Shown here in pieces: positions 1 through 14,078 of a stretch of DNA of 64,000 nucleotides (its first letter is position 1; every line of letters begins with the position of its first letter). The position numbers and the translations under genes were made by a program. Under the pieces are notes generated by a model, which saw only the letters and a list, made by a program, of their open reading frames with translations, did not search any database and was not told where the DNA came from. The DNA comes from Waddliaceae bacterium. GTDB taxonomy: Bacteria; Chlamydiota; Chlamydiia; Chlamydiales; SLFE01. Location of the stretch: the NCBI GenBank assembly GCA_963771045.1, contig CAVYRW010000004.1, positions 1,984,001-2,048,000 on the forward strand. Reading direction: 5' to 3'.

Positions 1-319
1 TGAAGCCACTGAATGCGTTTTTATCATGCTGCAAATTAAGAATTGCCATTTCCAGATTTTGAAACAGATCCTTTGTATTCTTTAGCAGGAAGCTTCCCTC
101 GGGAAGTTCCTGAAGCCAAAGATTTTTAACTCCGACAATATTTTCAGGAAGCTCATACTTTTGCTTAGGATTTTTTTCATCCGGAGGCAAAATGCAAACT
201 AGAGTAAATGATCGCTCTTTATGCGCTTTCACAAGATCATGAGCCCATCCGGCCACCCCTCCTGAAACATAAGGGTAGGTTCCTTCCAAAATCAGACAGA
301 TATCAGCTTCATCATCCAT
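1..319 (-). CDS. pelF: PelF-like GT4 glycosyltransferase, 5' part (runs off window)
   Basis: Hand translation from ATG at 319: MDDEADICLILEGTYPYVSGGVAGWAHDLV...YELPENI. EGTYPYVSGGV is the PelF N-terminal signature. The start overlaps the pelE stop. Confidence 0.9.
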   Translation of the reverse strand, partial: MDDEADICLILEGTYPYVSGGVAGWAHDLVKAHKERSFTLVCILPPDEKNPKQKYELPENIVGVKNLWLQELPEGSFLLKNTKDLFQNLEMAILNLQHDKNAFSGF

Positions 320-1406
320 TTGCATCCTCTAAAAACTTTGCAGCAACAGAAGCTCCGCCCCATGCAAAAAGCACGTCCTCGAATTCGTGATATCCCCCGG
401 CTTCCGCAAGTTCGCTAAGGCGGACATAGTGGCCACCGGTAAGACGATGCATCCTGGAAAACTCCTTTTTCTCATAATATATACGCATCAGAAGAATATA
501 GACATCCCTTGTCAGGGTCTCATCGGACTCGGACAGTTTTTTCACCGCATTTTCCGCAGAATCATAGTCCCCAAGTTCAAAATACAGTTGTCCTGCTTTC
601 ATCAAAGCCTGTCCATTGCCGGGTCTGAATTTCAAATATTCTTCATATTTTCCGGCTGCAATGCGTTTCATCTTATTTAGGCGATTTTCATCAAAAACTG
701 CAGCGTGCGCATACTCATAGCAATGATCTGCCAAAGCCAAAATGATATCCGGATCTTCGGGGTCGTTTGTATATTTATTCTCCAGTTCCACATAAACTTT
801 GTGAAAGCGGTCTTCAAGACTCGATATGGCAGTAGCGGCCATAACCCTCACTGAATTATTGGAGTCGGCCAAAGCCAGCTTCAACACGGGAATGAATTCT
901 GGATGATAAAATCTCAGCATTTTTTCAATCGCCGATAATTTTTGCTTGACTGACCCGAATTTAACCACTTCATGAAGAGGAATCGGATCGGCTGAAATAT
1001 CGTAATTTTCCATCCCGTATTGAATCCTGTCATAGTGCTCCTCGCTTTTTGTTTTGGTGATTGAAGGCATAAGCATTTTCATCAAACCGGCAATAGGATC
1101 GACAAAGAAAACAGTGCTGCCATACAAAATAATGATGGAAAGAGACATGGCCGCCCCGAATGGTCCCATCAAAGCCAAAAACAGAGTTGTGATCATGATG
1201 AGTCTGATTCCCCACCCGATCTTGACAAAAAAGAAAAGCAGCCCCACGGAAAGAATGGTTAAAAGGATATGCAAACCTAAAAGAACTCCAAAGGAAATCT
1301 CTCCTAAAATATATTCCCACCAAATATAGAGTTCGATAAACAGAAAAAATGCCGTAAAAATAAAAGACGTTTTGAAATATCTCAATGGATTGACCTGTTC
1401 ACGCAT
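312..1406 (-). CDS. pelE: PelE-like inner-membrane protein with HEAT/TPR repeats
   Basis: N-terminal TM helices, HEAT-like LKLALADSNNSVRVMAATAI and C-terminal TPR; lies between pelD and pelF. Confidence 0.75.
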   Translation of the reverse strand: MREQVNPLRYFKTSFIFTAFFLFIELYIWWEYILGEISFGVLLGLHILLTILSVGLLFFFVKIGWGIRLIMITTLFLALMGPFGAAMSLSIIILYGSTVFFVDPIAGLMKMLMPSITKTKSEEHYDRIQYGMENYDISADPIPLHEVVKFGSVKQKLSAIEKMLRFYHPEFIPVLKLALADSNNSVRVMAATAISSLEDRFHKVYVELENKYTNDPEDPDIILALADHCYEYAHAAVFDENRLNKMKRIAAGKYEEYLKFRPGNGQALMKAGQLYFELGDYDSAENAVKKLSESDETLTRDVYILLMRIYYEKKEFSRMHRLTGGHYVRLSELAEAGGYHEFEDVLFAWGGASVAAKFLEDANG

Positions 1407-2770
1407 TTTCTGCCGCTCCTTTGCCCGAAGATGTGATTTTTATAGCGACTTTTTTATCGGAAAGATAAGGATTTTGACCGGCCTGCTTTTCGATGTCCCG
1501 TTTTATTTTTTCGGCATCATCGGCCGATGCCAATGGCAGTAGAATCGCGTAGTGCAGCTCGTCTCTGCCCATCTGATAAAGAGTGTCCAAATGCGAAAGA
1601 GGACGTTTCAAAATCTGAATTAGAGAAGGCCGCAGGCTCAAAAAATCCTTATCAGGGCGCCTCGTTTTGGTTTCAACCACCACATCGATTTCCATTAAAG
1701 TCCGGCCGGCTTTCGATAAAATTTTTGCAAGGAGTTCTTTATTCAGCTGATAAAGAAAATAAGAATAAGCTGCCTCTTCTGTTGAAGCGTATATCGAATG
1801 CCTCTTTAGCCGGGTGTACTTTTGCGCATTGGAAAAAGCCGTGCCGACAAGTTCTGCCAATGTTTCTGTCAATTCCAGGTTGCTGATGTTCAGCTCGGTA
1901 AAATCGATTTCTTCAATTTTCAGCATCCCATAAATCTCGCCGCTATCGGCATCGAGTATCGGCGTTGCTAGATACCCCTCTCCGGAAAGTACGGCCTCAT
2001 CTTCTTCGTTGATCACACAAACAACCCTTTTCCTCGCTGCAATGGTCAGGCAAAGAGGGTGTTCTGAGGGAAAGCGGCGCAAGTATTTGTCCTCCTTATC
2101 CCATCCCTTGCAGACCATGGCCTCAAAACCGGCAGAAGAAAATGAATAGATGGAAAATTTCCGAGGATCGAGAATTTCTTTGACCATGTCTGTCATCGAG
2201 AGCAAAATCTGTGCCGGATTCATCGACTCCAGATGCCTCAAAGCCCTGTAGGTAAAAGCAATGCTCCTCATTTGCGACGCAAGGCGAACTTCAATTCGCT
2301 CTTTCTTTTCCTTTAAATCGGTATAATTATCGGCTATCTTTTCTGCTTCATTTTGAGCATCGATTGCCATTTCCTTGTATTTTTTCCGTTCATTGTCGAT
2401 CCGCATTCTCATTTCTCCCAAAACAACAGCGGCGATAAGCCAAAGTGTGGGCGTCAGGGCGAGGCGCACGCGATAATCAAACAACGTTTCATCGAATTTA
2501 ATTTCGGGAATATAGCCCGCATAGAGGGCAATAGTGCACAAAAAGACAGCAATGACCCCTTCGGCAGTACCGTATTGTACGGAAATAACCAGAACAACGA
2601 TCCAGAAAGGGTGGGGGTTGACGTCGGTAAAATGCTTGCGCTCCCCTAAAATATAATCGAAAAAAAGCAATATCGTCAAAAAGATAATCGTTTCAATTAT
2701 CGCTGAAACACGGACTCTGAATATCGTCCAATGCTTCACTTCTTCTATTCCTTCTGTCACCTCTGCCACC
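1399..2770 (-). CDS. pelD: PelD-like protein: N-terminal TM domain, coiled coil, GAF and degenerate GGDEF
   Basis: NPHPFWIVVLVISVQYG TM domain, GAF region (YLATPILD..GEIYGMLKIE), C-terminal SHLDTLYQMGRDELHYAILLP. Real start is probably GTG at 2770 or 2761, just after the pelB stop. Confidence 0.75.
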
Positions 2771-2773
2771 TCA

Positions 2774-5700
2774 TTAATAAGGGATTTTAAAGTCGGCAAT
2801 AAAACGATCCACCGACTGGTTTTCAAACTGCGAACTGAATGTACGGAAGTATTGGAAACGGAGCTGAGGGCCGCATTTGGTACCGATATAGGTCACAAAG
2901 CCGCCTATAGGGGCAACATCGCCATTAAAAGCTCTGTCCCACGATGCTCCGGCAAACCCTTCCATCCAAAATGTCGGGCAAAAAATCTTGTTAAAACTCA
3001 TCTGCCACACCCACGTTTCGCGCTTTTCGACATCAAGAGGAATCACTTCCTGTCCAAGCACCGGACTGAACACCTTTTTTTCGAATGTCGGATACTGGGC
3101 ATCGACATAAAAATTCAAATAAACGTTCGCCCCGTCCCCAAACTGCCGGGCGACAATATTTCTCTTATTCAAACGATAATTCACGCCGGTTGTGAACGTA
3201 TAAGTTGTTGCAGAAAGCCCAAAATGCGCCAGGTAATACCACCGATACCCCCCTTCGCCAAAAATTTCCGTCCTGGGTCCTAAGTTGAAAGAGCGGTAGA
3301 AATCGATCCTGTCTTCCAGGCCGAAATCGATGATCGACTGGACAAATTCCCACGTCTGCCTGTGATACCAAAGCTGCATGCGCGAGATGCCGTAAAAATC
3401 TGTTTTTGTTGTATCCAGCCCCGCTCCCAAGCCCTCTCTTGCCAAAAATCCCCTAAACTCGGCAACCAGACCGCTCAAAAAATCGCACTCGAGGGCAATC
3501 TCTGTTCGATAGCGGGTGCCAAGGAAGCGGAAGGTCTCCCCCGTGAAGGGATTAAAAGTATCAGGCAAAGACAGCTGATCGGAATCGGCTCTGAATTTAA
3601 ACACAAATTGCTGGTTGATTCTGTGATAAACGAGCAAGAGGTCTTTGATTTCCCTTTGTGTTGTCCCTGTCAGCTTATACTCCTTCTGCATGAATATATG
3701 CCTGGCCTTGTCGCAAAAAATTTCCCTGCGGATTTTTTTCCATGTATCATTTTGCGGCTCCCTTTGCAAGGCCGCGTCAAACCACCCCGCCGCCAGCTGC
3801 CATCTACCGAGAAGAAGTTCCAGCTGAGCCTGCATTGCCATGATTCTCGGTTCTTCCGGATATTGACGAAGCAGTTTTCCGACAAGCCTCCAGGCCGCTC
3901 TTAATCGGTTAAGTTCCTGCAAAAGTTGAGATTCTGTCAGCTCCAGATCAATCATCTGATCTTTTAACTGCTCCGGGTCGAGATCTTTATCATATTCAGG
4001 ATGCGCGGTCCGCAAGAGATAGTTCGCCCGGCAGTATTTCTCCAGGATAATTAAAATATTGGCGTAATTCACCCGGAAGGAGGCGTTCTTAGGATATCTT
4101 TCAATTAATTTCTCAAAGAGGCAAAGAGCCCTAGTCACGCAGCCCATTCGATAATAAAGTTCCGCTTCGATTAATTCGGAGAAAGGATCGAGATTCTCTT
4201 TTTCTGTCAGCAGATGCAAAGCCGTGTGAAAATACTTCCTGGCGCATTGCCAGTGGTTATAAGTCCAGTAGATTTCCCCGTAATAATAGTATCCTAAATA
4301 ACCGGGCTCCTCGGTTTGCAAATATCTTTGCAAATAGAAACGAGCGGCGTGAAAATTGCTCTCGGCGAACTTGATCATTCCCAGATATTTCCAAGGATCG
4401 GCCTTTTCGGGTTCGATATTCAGGACTTTCAAATAAGCTTTTTCCGCTGTGGGATAGATGCCAAGCCCGAAAGAGAGATTTCCTATTTTGCCGAGACGCT
4501 CGGGATTATCTTCCCTATCGACCATAACAACCAGCGCCTTCTTCAGCTTTTGCCTCTCCTTCGTCCCTTCCAAAGCTTCCAGATAAATTTCGGCGACTTT
4601 CGGGTTATCCCATCCCATTTTTTCTGCAAGAAGAGCCCCTTCTGCAGGATGTTTATTATAGACAAGATGGGCGATCCATCCCGCAAGTTCTTCGCCATAC
4701 GATTTTTCCGCCTGCTTCACGATCCATGCGGCCTGGCGGTCTGAAAGGTCTTTTCCCCAGAGGTCCAGCAATGTTTGGACATCGCCGCTGCTAAAGTTTT
4801 TTCCCTCTGCAAGGACCTGAAAAATCGGCACCGCCAAATCACGCAGATGATCGCCTATCAGAACGTAGCCCCAATTGCGTTTCTTATTTTCCTGAATCGA
4901 CTTATCAGCTATGGCTCTCTTGATAAACTCTTTGAGCTCCATTTTATAAAGCTCGTCTTGCTCTGCGGCCAAAACAAGAACGTAAAAATAATTGTCCTGA
5001 ATATCTACGCCATCCCTTTTCAGTCTTCTGATGATCTTCAAGGCTTCTTTGGGTCTGCCGTTTAGAGCAAGCGCCCTAGCCATCAGCATTTCGTTCAAAG
5101 ATGACGGATAAAGCCTATTGAGACGCTGGGCCAACTGATATGCGGTATTTTTTTTCTTCGCTTTCTCGGCAATAGAAAAAAGTTCTTGAAGAAGCGAATT
5201 CGGCACTTTACCCATGAAAAGAAAACGCCTTTTCAATTCCTCGATATCCCCTTTTGCCGCCAGAATATAAAGCTCTGATCTTATATAAGCGTCTTTGGAA
5301 TCGCCCGGCTGCAGCTTGTATGCGGCAAGCATCCCTTCAACTTGATTAAGAAGACCCAAATCTAGATAAAGCTCCACAACATTATCCAGATTTTCCACAT
5401 CGATGCCCTCCAGGGTTTTTACCGATCCGGCGAGATTTTCTCGAAATATCCTGATTTCCCGATGAAAAAAGAAATTGAGCCAGCTGAATTCGGTCTCGTG
5501 GAGAATATTTCTCTTCTAATTCGGCTATATTCAATTCACTGATATTTTCCTTCTCTGCAAGGACAAGCCCCAGTTCTATAACAGGGTGATTTCGGATGTA
5601 GTCTTCGCCCAGATTTTTTTGCAGCTCTTTGGCAAGCGCTGTCTTTTTTAATGCGATCAGGCTGTCTATGAGGTTGACCAGGTCGGTCTGAGAAACTTTT

Positions 5701-6683
5701 GCATATTTGAGTTCTTTGAGCATCTTTTGCGGCAGCCGCTCGTTTTTAAATGTTATGGCCAAAAGAATTAAACGGGTGTAAAACGCCGGTAGGAGCCTGC
5801 CGTTGTCAAATGCCGTTTCGAGAATCTCATAAACCCCTCTCTCGTCTTCTTGCGAGACTAAAATCGTCATCATCAGCTCCATAACTTCCGGCTTTCTTTT
5901 TTGAGAGTCGGGTATCAGATCGGCAAGAAATTTTGCTTCGTCATAATTTCCTGTCTCCAGAATTTTATAGGAGAGTGCGAGGATGACTTCCAGATCTGTC
6001 GGGTGGGCTGTCGCATACTTTGACGTGAACAAAAACGCTTCGGAATTGAGCTGATTGTCGAGTAAAAGGCCGGCAACGAAGATTGTTGTCCGGTCGTCTA
6101 GCTTTGCCGGCGCAAACCGTTTTAGCATCTCCCGAATCGTCTTAAGAGCAAGGGCCATGTTATCCCTTGCAGCATAAAGCTGGGCCAGCGTGCGGAAATC
6201 GTCAACAGTAGCCTCTTTTTGATTGACTAGTTGCTGCAAAGCCCGAAGCTGGCTTGTTGTCTTGTTGAGATTCTTGTAGGATTCTTGCAACTCCCTTAGG
6301 ATTTTAACATCGGGAGTCAGACTGTATAGGACTTCCAGATTGCGAAGGTAAGCATAGGGGCGGCTGGCTTTTTTATATAGCTCTCCGAGAAATATGCGCG
6401 CTTCCAAATCCTTCGGATTTTCTTTCACATAGGCCTCGACAGTATCAATGGCCTGATCGACATTGGCAAACTCAAGGTCCAGCATAACTTTTGGAACAAT
6501 AGCTTTTTTAGTCCCGCTTTTCTGCATAAAAAATTCATAAAATTTTTTGGAGGATCTGGCATATTGCCGATCGTAAAAATACATCCAGGCAACATCTTCG
6601 GAGGAGGGAAAGTATATGTAGCTTAAAATCAAGGCTGCACAAACAAATACCGAGACAACAATATAATAAGTCTTGCGATCCAT
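2774..6683 (-). CDS. pelB: PelB-like TPR + C-terminal outer-membrane beta-barrel protein, split by a +1 frameshift at ~5400-5460
   Basis: ORFs 5382..6683 and 2774..5398 overlap and join with a +1 shift. N-terminal hydrophobic anchor, many TPRs, amphipathic beta-strand C-terminus ending DFKIPY; pel context. Confidence 0.7.
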
Positions 6684-6835
6684 AAAGCCAAGCTTATTTT
6701 ATAATCAAAATTTTATTATTGCTTAATTATGAATAATGTAAAGAGGAAATGAGAGTAGAATACTACATTTGTCTTACATTGGAAAGGCTGTTTAGGCAGA
6801 TACCAAATACTTCTCGGTTGACACGGTATGCATTG

Positions 6836-8092
6836 TCACGCTGATTTTTCCAAATTAATCACCTTGTTAAACACCTCTTCAACCTTGCTTTCAAGATTTT
6901 GCAAGACTTTATCGCTTGCGGTAGAAGAACGTAAGATATAAACGCGATCGTCAGGGGCCAAATCCGGGTTCGGAATTAGCATGGGAGCGAAAACCCTGAC
7001 CTGCGGAGCCTGATTGCCTCCTGCATATTTGGTGGCGGGAATGCCGGAATTTTTTTGACGAGGATCTATTCCTTTCTGCATCTTTTCCAAATGCTCTTCT
7101 GTATACTTCTCACGGACAGGAACACCCCGCGGTTTGGATAGGTAGCAGGTTTTCTCAAAATCTTTCTTGGGAATTGCTATGGTGTACAAATTCCCCCCTC
7201 CTCGGGGTAATTCTTTTGCAGCTTTTAGGCATCCTCTCACAAATCGAGATCGAGCTTTTTTGGTGAAGAAATACTGTTTTGTGATACTTTTTAAGACACT
7301 TTTTATAAACCTTGACAAAAGTGATGACATATTCGGTGTCGTTAAGAAGTCTATGGCTGATTCGCCAAAAATTACGTTCTTTAAAAAAACATCTCCGCAA
7401 ATAACATCGTTTCTGATTAATACATCTATTTCTTTACTTCTTTTAATCCGATCAATGTCTCGATCGGCGAACTCAAATCCCGACGGATGCCTTAACCATC
7501 TATAATGATCCCAACAATTCGGTTCAAAATGTCTTTTAAAAAGAGTTATGACTACATTAAAGATCTCTAAACCCAAATTCTGACCATGATTGATACAATA
7601 ATGGGTTTTCTCCAGAGCCTCCTGGAATTCCAGCGAATGACCGATGGCTATTTTTTTCCTTGTGGTCAAACTTCTTTTAACTATTTGCTGGTTAATTTCT
7701 TTGGAAATATCTTTAAAGGCTTGCTTTATCCTTGGGTTTTTTTGAAGCCGTTTCAATTCGTCAGCAGATTTGGGGAGTCTTTTCTTAAGCACTTTTGAAA
7801 TTTTTCGGTGTTTATATGATTCTTTTTTCTTACTGCTCGATTTCCAAAGATTAAAGCGATAGTCGATCTGCTTTTTCTGTTTTTTTGCCCGTTTCTCTTG
7901 GAACTTCCGATAAAGACCCAGAGTACAAACCGTAGAAACGGTGCCAGCGGGTTTTTCCATCAGTGTCAAAAAAAGCTGTTCACTTCTTTCTTTAATCGCT
8001 TCATTAACTTCAGAGGTATTGGAGTAAATCTCTTCAGTGTTCATAGAGCGAAATTCATTTCGAAGATCTTGAATATTAGAAGAACAATCCAT
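6836..8092 (-). CDS. hypothetical protein (Lys-rich, orphan-like) inserted in the pel cluster
   Basis: 418-aa ORF with AT-rich flanks; no family recognised. Confidence 0.6.
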   Translation of the reverse strand: MDCSSNIQDLRNEFRSMNTEEIYSNTSEVNEAIKERSEQLFLTLMEKPAGTVSTVCTLGLYRKFQEKRAKKQKKQIDYRFNLWKSSSKKKESYKHRKISKVLKKRLPKSADELKRLQKNPRIKQAFKDISKEINQQIVKRSLTTRKKIAIGHSLEFQEALEKTHYCINHGQNLGLEIFNVVITLFKRHFEPNCWDHYRWLRHPSGFEFADRDIDRIKRSKEIDVLIRNDVICGDVFLKNVIFGESAIDFLTTPNMSSLLSRFIKSVLKSITKQYFFTKKARSRFVRGCLKAAKELPRGGGNLYTIAIPKKDFEKTCYLSKPRGVPVREKYTEEHLEKMQKGIDPRQKNSGIPATKYAGGNQAPQVRVFAPMLIPNPDLAPDDRVYILRSSTASDKVLQNLESKVEEVFNKVINLEKSA

Positions 8093-8267
8093 AAAAAACC
8101 TATTATTTGTTAATAACTAATTATAGAATATATTTACATAAAAATCAATGCTTATATTTTTAAATAAATGTTTATAAATAAAACTATTATTAAGCATTCA
8201 ACCCGTGATTGTGCCGAATGCTGAGATTTCATCTGTCAATATTGTTCGAAATAGTCGCAAATCTTTC

Positions 8268-10544
8268 TCAGAGAGCCTCTTGCTGAAGGCTGATTTTTAT
8301 CGCAACCGGCTCTATTGCCGACTGATCAATCACAAAATTGATCTTCCGTCTGTCAGAAGGAACAAGAAGATTCTCTCCTTTGTCCACGCTCACCTCGTAT
8401 TTACCTTCGCTCGGAACGTTCCAGGTCATCTCTGCGGGTCCAAAGCCTGTGGCTGTAAACTCGATGCCCTGCCCGCTTGTTTGCAAGTTCGAAATTTGCC
8501 AGCGGCTTTCGATGAGATAAAATAGAGGTTCTTTTGGCAAAGCATAATAATTTTTGTTGTCCTTCAAAGCGATAAGAGCATCGTCGATTTTCGAATCGAG
8601 ATAAACATACAGGCTTCCTTGCAAATACCTCTGCCCAATAACTCCTCGGGATTTGGAAAAGTCGACCGACTCCAGGGTCGCGCGATCGAAGCGGATCGTC
8701 TGTAAATCGCCCCGGCCAAGAAATTCCCATGCACGCTGGCCTTTTTGAACGATATCGGCAGAGTAAAATCCATAAACAATCGAGGAAAACTCGCTGGTTC
8801 TAATCGGAGAGGGATTTTGCGTCTCCACATAGTCCAAATTTTGCTGTACTGCTTTTAGACTGGGGTATTTTTGGGCGCTGTAGATGTGATAATACACATC
8901 CATAGGCCGTATGCGAATCGGAATTTCGGTATTCTTAAATGTCTGAGGAAGGAGGTTGAACCCGAAAAAATTGCTTCTCCAAAGGTTCGTATAAAGATTT
9001 TCATTGGCATTTGAAGAATAAATCTGCCTCAGATTGCGGACCTGGCGGCCAAGGGGCGCTACCCACCCATAAGATGAATAGACATTGTCAAACCGAGTAT
9101 CGCCTCCATTAATGTTCATAACGTCGGAATGGATCACATCTCTTAATGCCGCGTAAAAAGGGCGGCAGTTGCCAGACCATTGGTAAAGAGCGACCTTTTT
9201 TCCTTTTGGGGCAAGCGAGTCGATTAAATGAATCGCTCCCTTCACTTCAAGCTCCAAATTAAATGGCTGTAAGGCAAATGCCCTCGGGACTTCGTAGCTG
9301 TCGTCAAACGCTTTTGCTTCTTGATTTTTCCCTTTAACTTCTTCATCTTCAATCGTATTATCCTTTCTTGTAAAAAAACTGTATCCGTTAAAAGCGCTTC
9401 GAATCCTCGCGATGAACCCTTTGCCGAGCCAGCTGCCGTTGGGATATCGGGATAAAAATGGAATTTCATCTTCAGGGCGGTAATCTTTAAAAAAGTCCCA
9501 GTCGAACGGATGGGTAAAGGTATGGCATCCCACTTCGACATTGGAAAAGCTAAATATCCTCTTCGCCTCATTCTGCGAATCGCTAAGGGCGACCCAGTCG
9601 GGATCGACATCAGCGCCGATCGGTGCGACAGTCACCGGCAAATCGGGGTATTTTTTAATGATACTTTCGGCCAGGACTTTGGCAGAGATCGTTCCAAAAG
9701 GGAATTCTTTGATTTCGGTTTGATTGTTCCATCCGTCGCCGTCGACTTGACTGTAGTAAATCCTTCTTCCCGCGATTGTAGTCGTATCGGGCTTGGGAAT
9801 ATTATTACGATCAAAGACCTTTTGAAAAAATAAAAAAGGGTTAATGTACCATTTTCGGGTGCTTTTCCCCTTCTCAAACAAGAAAAAAACAGCATAATCA
9901 TTGGCCGCATACCCGCCGTTTGGAGCTGTCGCAATCAAAACAGATTTGGGATACTCGCGCCCATCGGCACTAGCGGTGAGGTAGCTGGTCGTTTTATCGG
10001 AAATTTTGAGCACTTCAACATAAGTGTCATAAGGCTCCCTATACGATCGCTCGAAGTCGGTCATGGGAGGGTGGGGCCGGATAAGCTTTACAGAGTACGT
10101 TTTCTCCACCCAATCACCTGTAATTCTAAGACCGAGCTTTTCCCAAAATGTGTTCATCTTTTTTAAAGGCAGGCCTGTATTTTCGGGAATGAAAATCGGC
10201 TGCCCCATGACAAGGATTTTTTTTTCTAAATCAAAACAACGCATAGACCAATTGAACAACTTTTCCGAAACATCTCCGGACAATTTTGTCTCTTCGTCAA
10301 GCCAAGTGATAACCCCGACGACATCTTCACGGCCTCCCATGTCGGGAAGCTCTCTTTGAATATCGTGATATTCAACAATGTAGCCCAAATGATTCAGCGG
10401 CATCTCGGCAAGCTGATGCGTTTTGGTAAAATAAAGATCTGTATGAACCTTGCTGTCGTAGAGCGCAATAATCTTTCGGGGAACGCTCTGCCCAAACAAG
10501 GCAAAAGGAAGCATGAGGCAAATGAATATGAAATTTTTGTTCAT
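8268..10544 (-). CDS. pelA: PelA-like polysaccharide deacetylase (CE4-like), signal peptide
   Basis: PDTTTIAGRRIYYSQVDGDGW and HTFTHPFDW metal motifs, YQWSGNC, NENLYTNLW, P(M)DVYYHIYS, typical of the PelA deacetylase half. Confidence 0.85.
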   Translation of the reverse strand: MNKNFIFICLMLPFALFGQSVPRKIIALYDSKVHTDLYFTKTHQLAEMPLNHLGYIVEYHDIQRELPDMGGREDVVGVITWLDEETKLSGDVSEKLFNWSMRCFDLEKKILVMGQPIFIPENTGLPLKKMNTFWEKLGLRITGDWVEKTYSVKLIRPHPPMTDFERSYREPYDTYVEVLKISDKTTSYLTASADGREYPKSVLIATAPNGGYAANDYAVFFLFEKGKSTRKWYINPFLFFQKVFDRNNIPKPDTTTIAGRRIYYSQVDGDGWNNQTEIKEFPFGTISAKVLAESIIKKYPDLPVTVAPIGADVDPDWVALSDSQNEAKRIFSFSNVEVGCHTFTHPFDWDFFKDYRPEDEIPFLSRYPNGSWLGKGFIARIRSAFNGYSFFTRKDNTIEDEEVKGKNQEAKAFDDSYEVPRAFALQPFNLELEVKGAIHLIDSLAPKGKKVALYQWSGNCRPFYAALRDVIHSDVMNINGGDTRFDNVYSSYGWVAPLGRQVRNLRQIYSSNANENLYTNLWRSNFFGFNLLPQTFKNTEIPIRIRPMDVYYHIYSAQKYPSLKAVQQNLDYVETQNPSPIRTSEFSSIVYGFYSADIVQKGQRAWEFLGRGDLQTIRFDRATLESVDFSKSRGVIGQRYLQGSLYVYLDSKIDDALIALKDNKNYYALPKEPLFYLIESRWQISNLQTSGQGIEFTATGFGPAEMTWNVPSEGKYEVSVDKGENLLVPSDRRKINFVIDQSAIEPVAIKISLQQEAL

Positions 10545-11371
10545 TTCGGCTCCGGGATAATTTTATCCAGATCGATGGTACCGACATAAGGGATAAAACC
10601 GTTTTCCCTCTCTCTCTGATAAATTTCCTTAATATATTCGGACTTGTCGGGATACCAATAATCCAAAGTATAAACTTTTAGTTTTGGATTGCTCTTCTCC
10701 GCTTCCTTAAGCAGCTTTACTTGTTCATCGTAAATATCTTTGGGCTGCTTGAGGTATTTTTTCTTCTTAAAATCATAAGTCGTCATCATATCCTCGCCAA
10801 GCGCCATATCGATGATACCCGCAGTCTCAGGAAGAAGAAAATAGGCCCTGTTCACCATGACAGGAATGTGGGGATAGTGCATTTTGATTGCCATAACAAG
10901 ATGGGCCGCTGCCTGAGTCATTCCCTGATACGCAGCGGGATTCTCATGTTCCAGCATCTCTGCGTTGTCAAGAGTATCCAACAATAATCCGTCGAATCCC
11001 AGCTGAAGCAGACAAGGTATCAACTCTTCGATCACTCTTTTGACCCATCTGGGATCGCGCAGGTCGACAAAATAAGCCCCGGGCCAATTTTTATTCTCAT
11101 GGAGTAAGATCCCTTCATTTTTAACATCGGGATACCACCACCGATCATTTTCAACCTCCCCTAAGCTGAGATATCCCAATAGAGTCTTGCCCCCTTCCTT
11201 CAGGGCTTCAATGGAGGGGTGGTTATCGGGATCCAAAGCGATAAGAGAATAAGGCTCAAAAACTTCGATAGGAGCTTTATCGGAATAGTAGGCCACCCAC
11301 TTTTCCTTGTCCTCTGCAAAAAGTCCTGAGGTAAATAAAATTACTGCCAGAAAAAGAACAAAACTTCTCAT
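10541..11371 (-). CDS. endo-alpha-1,4-polygalactosaminidase (GH114/GH166; PelA hydrolase-like), signal peptide
   Basis: GYLSLGEVE, GFDGLLLDTLD, VNRAY, YTLDYW motifs; 4-bp overlap with the deacetylase gene. Confidence 0.85.
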   Translation of the reverse strand: MRSFVLFLAVILFTSGLFAEDKEKWVAYYSDKAPIEVFEPYSLIALDPDNHPSIEALKEGGKTLLGYLSLGEVENDRWWYPDVKNEGILLHENKNWPGAYFVDLRDPRWVKRVIEELIPCLLQLGFDGLLLDTLDNAEMLEHENPAAYQGMTQAAAHLVMAIKMHYPHIPVMVNRAYFLLPETAGIIDMALGEDMMTTYDFKKKKYLKQPKDIYDEQVKLLKEAEKSNPKLKVYTLDYWYPDKSEYIKEIYQRERENGFIPYVGTIDLDKIIPEPK

Positions 11372-11457
11372 ACCTACTCCAAATCAAATTCCTTTTATAC
11401 AAATTTGAGAATTAAAGTTCATTTTAATGTCGGAATCGACTATGATTTTAACCAAAT

Positions 11458-14074
<2,617 letters not shown>

Positions 14075-14078
<4 letters not shown>

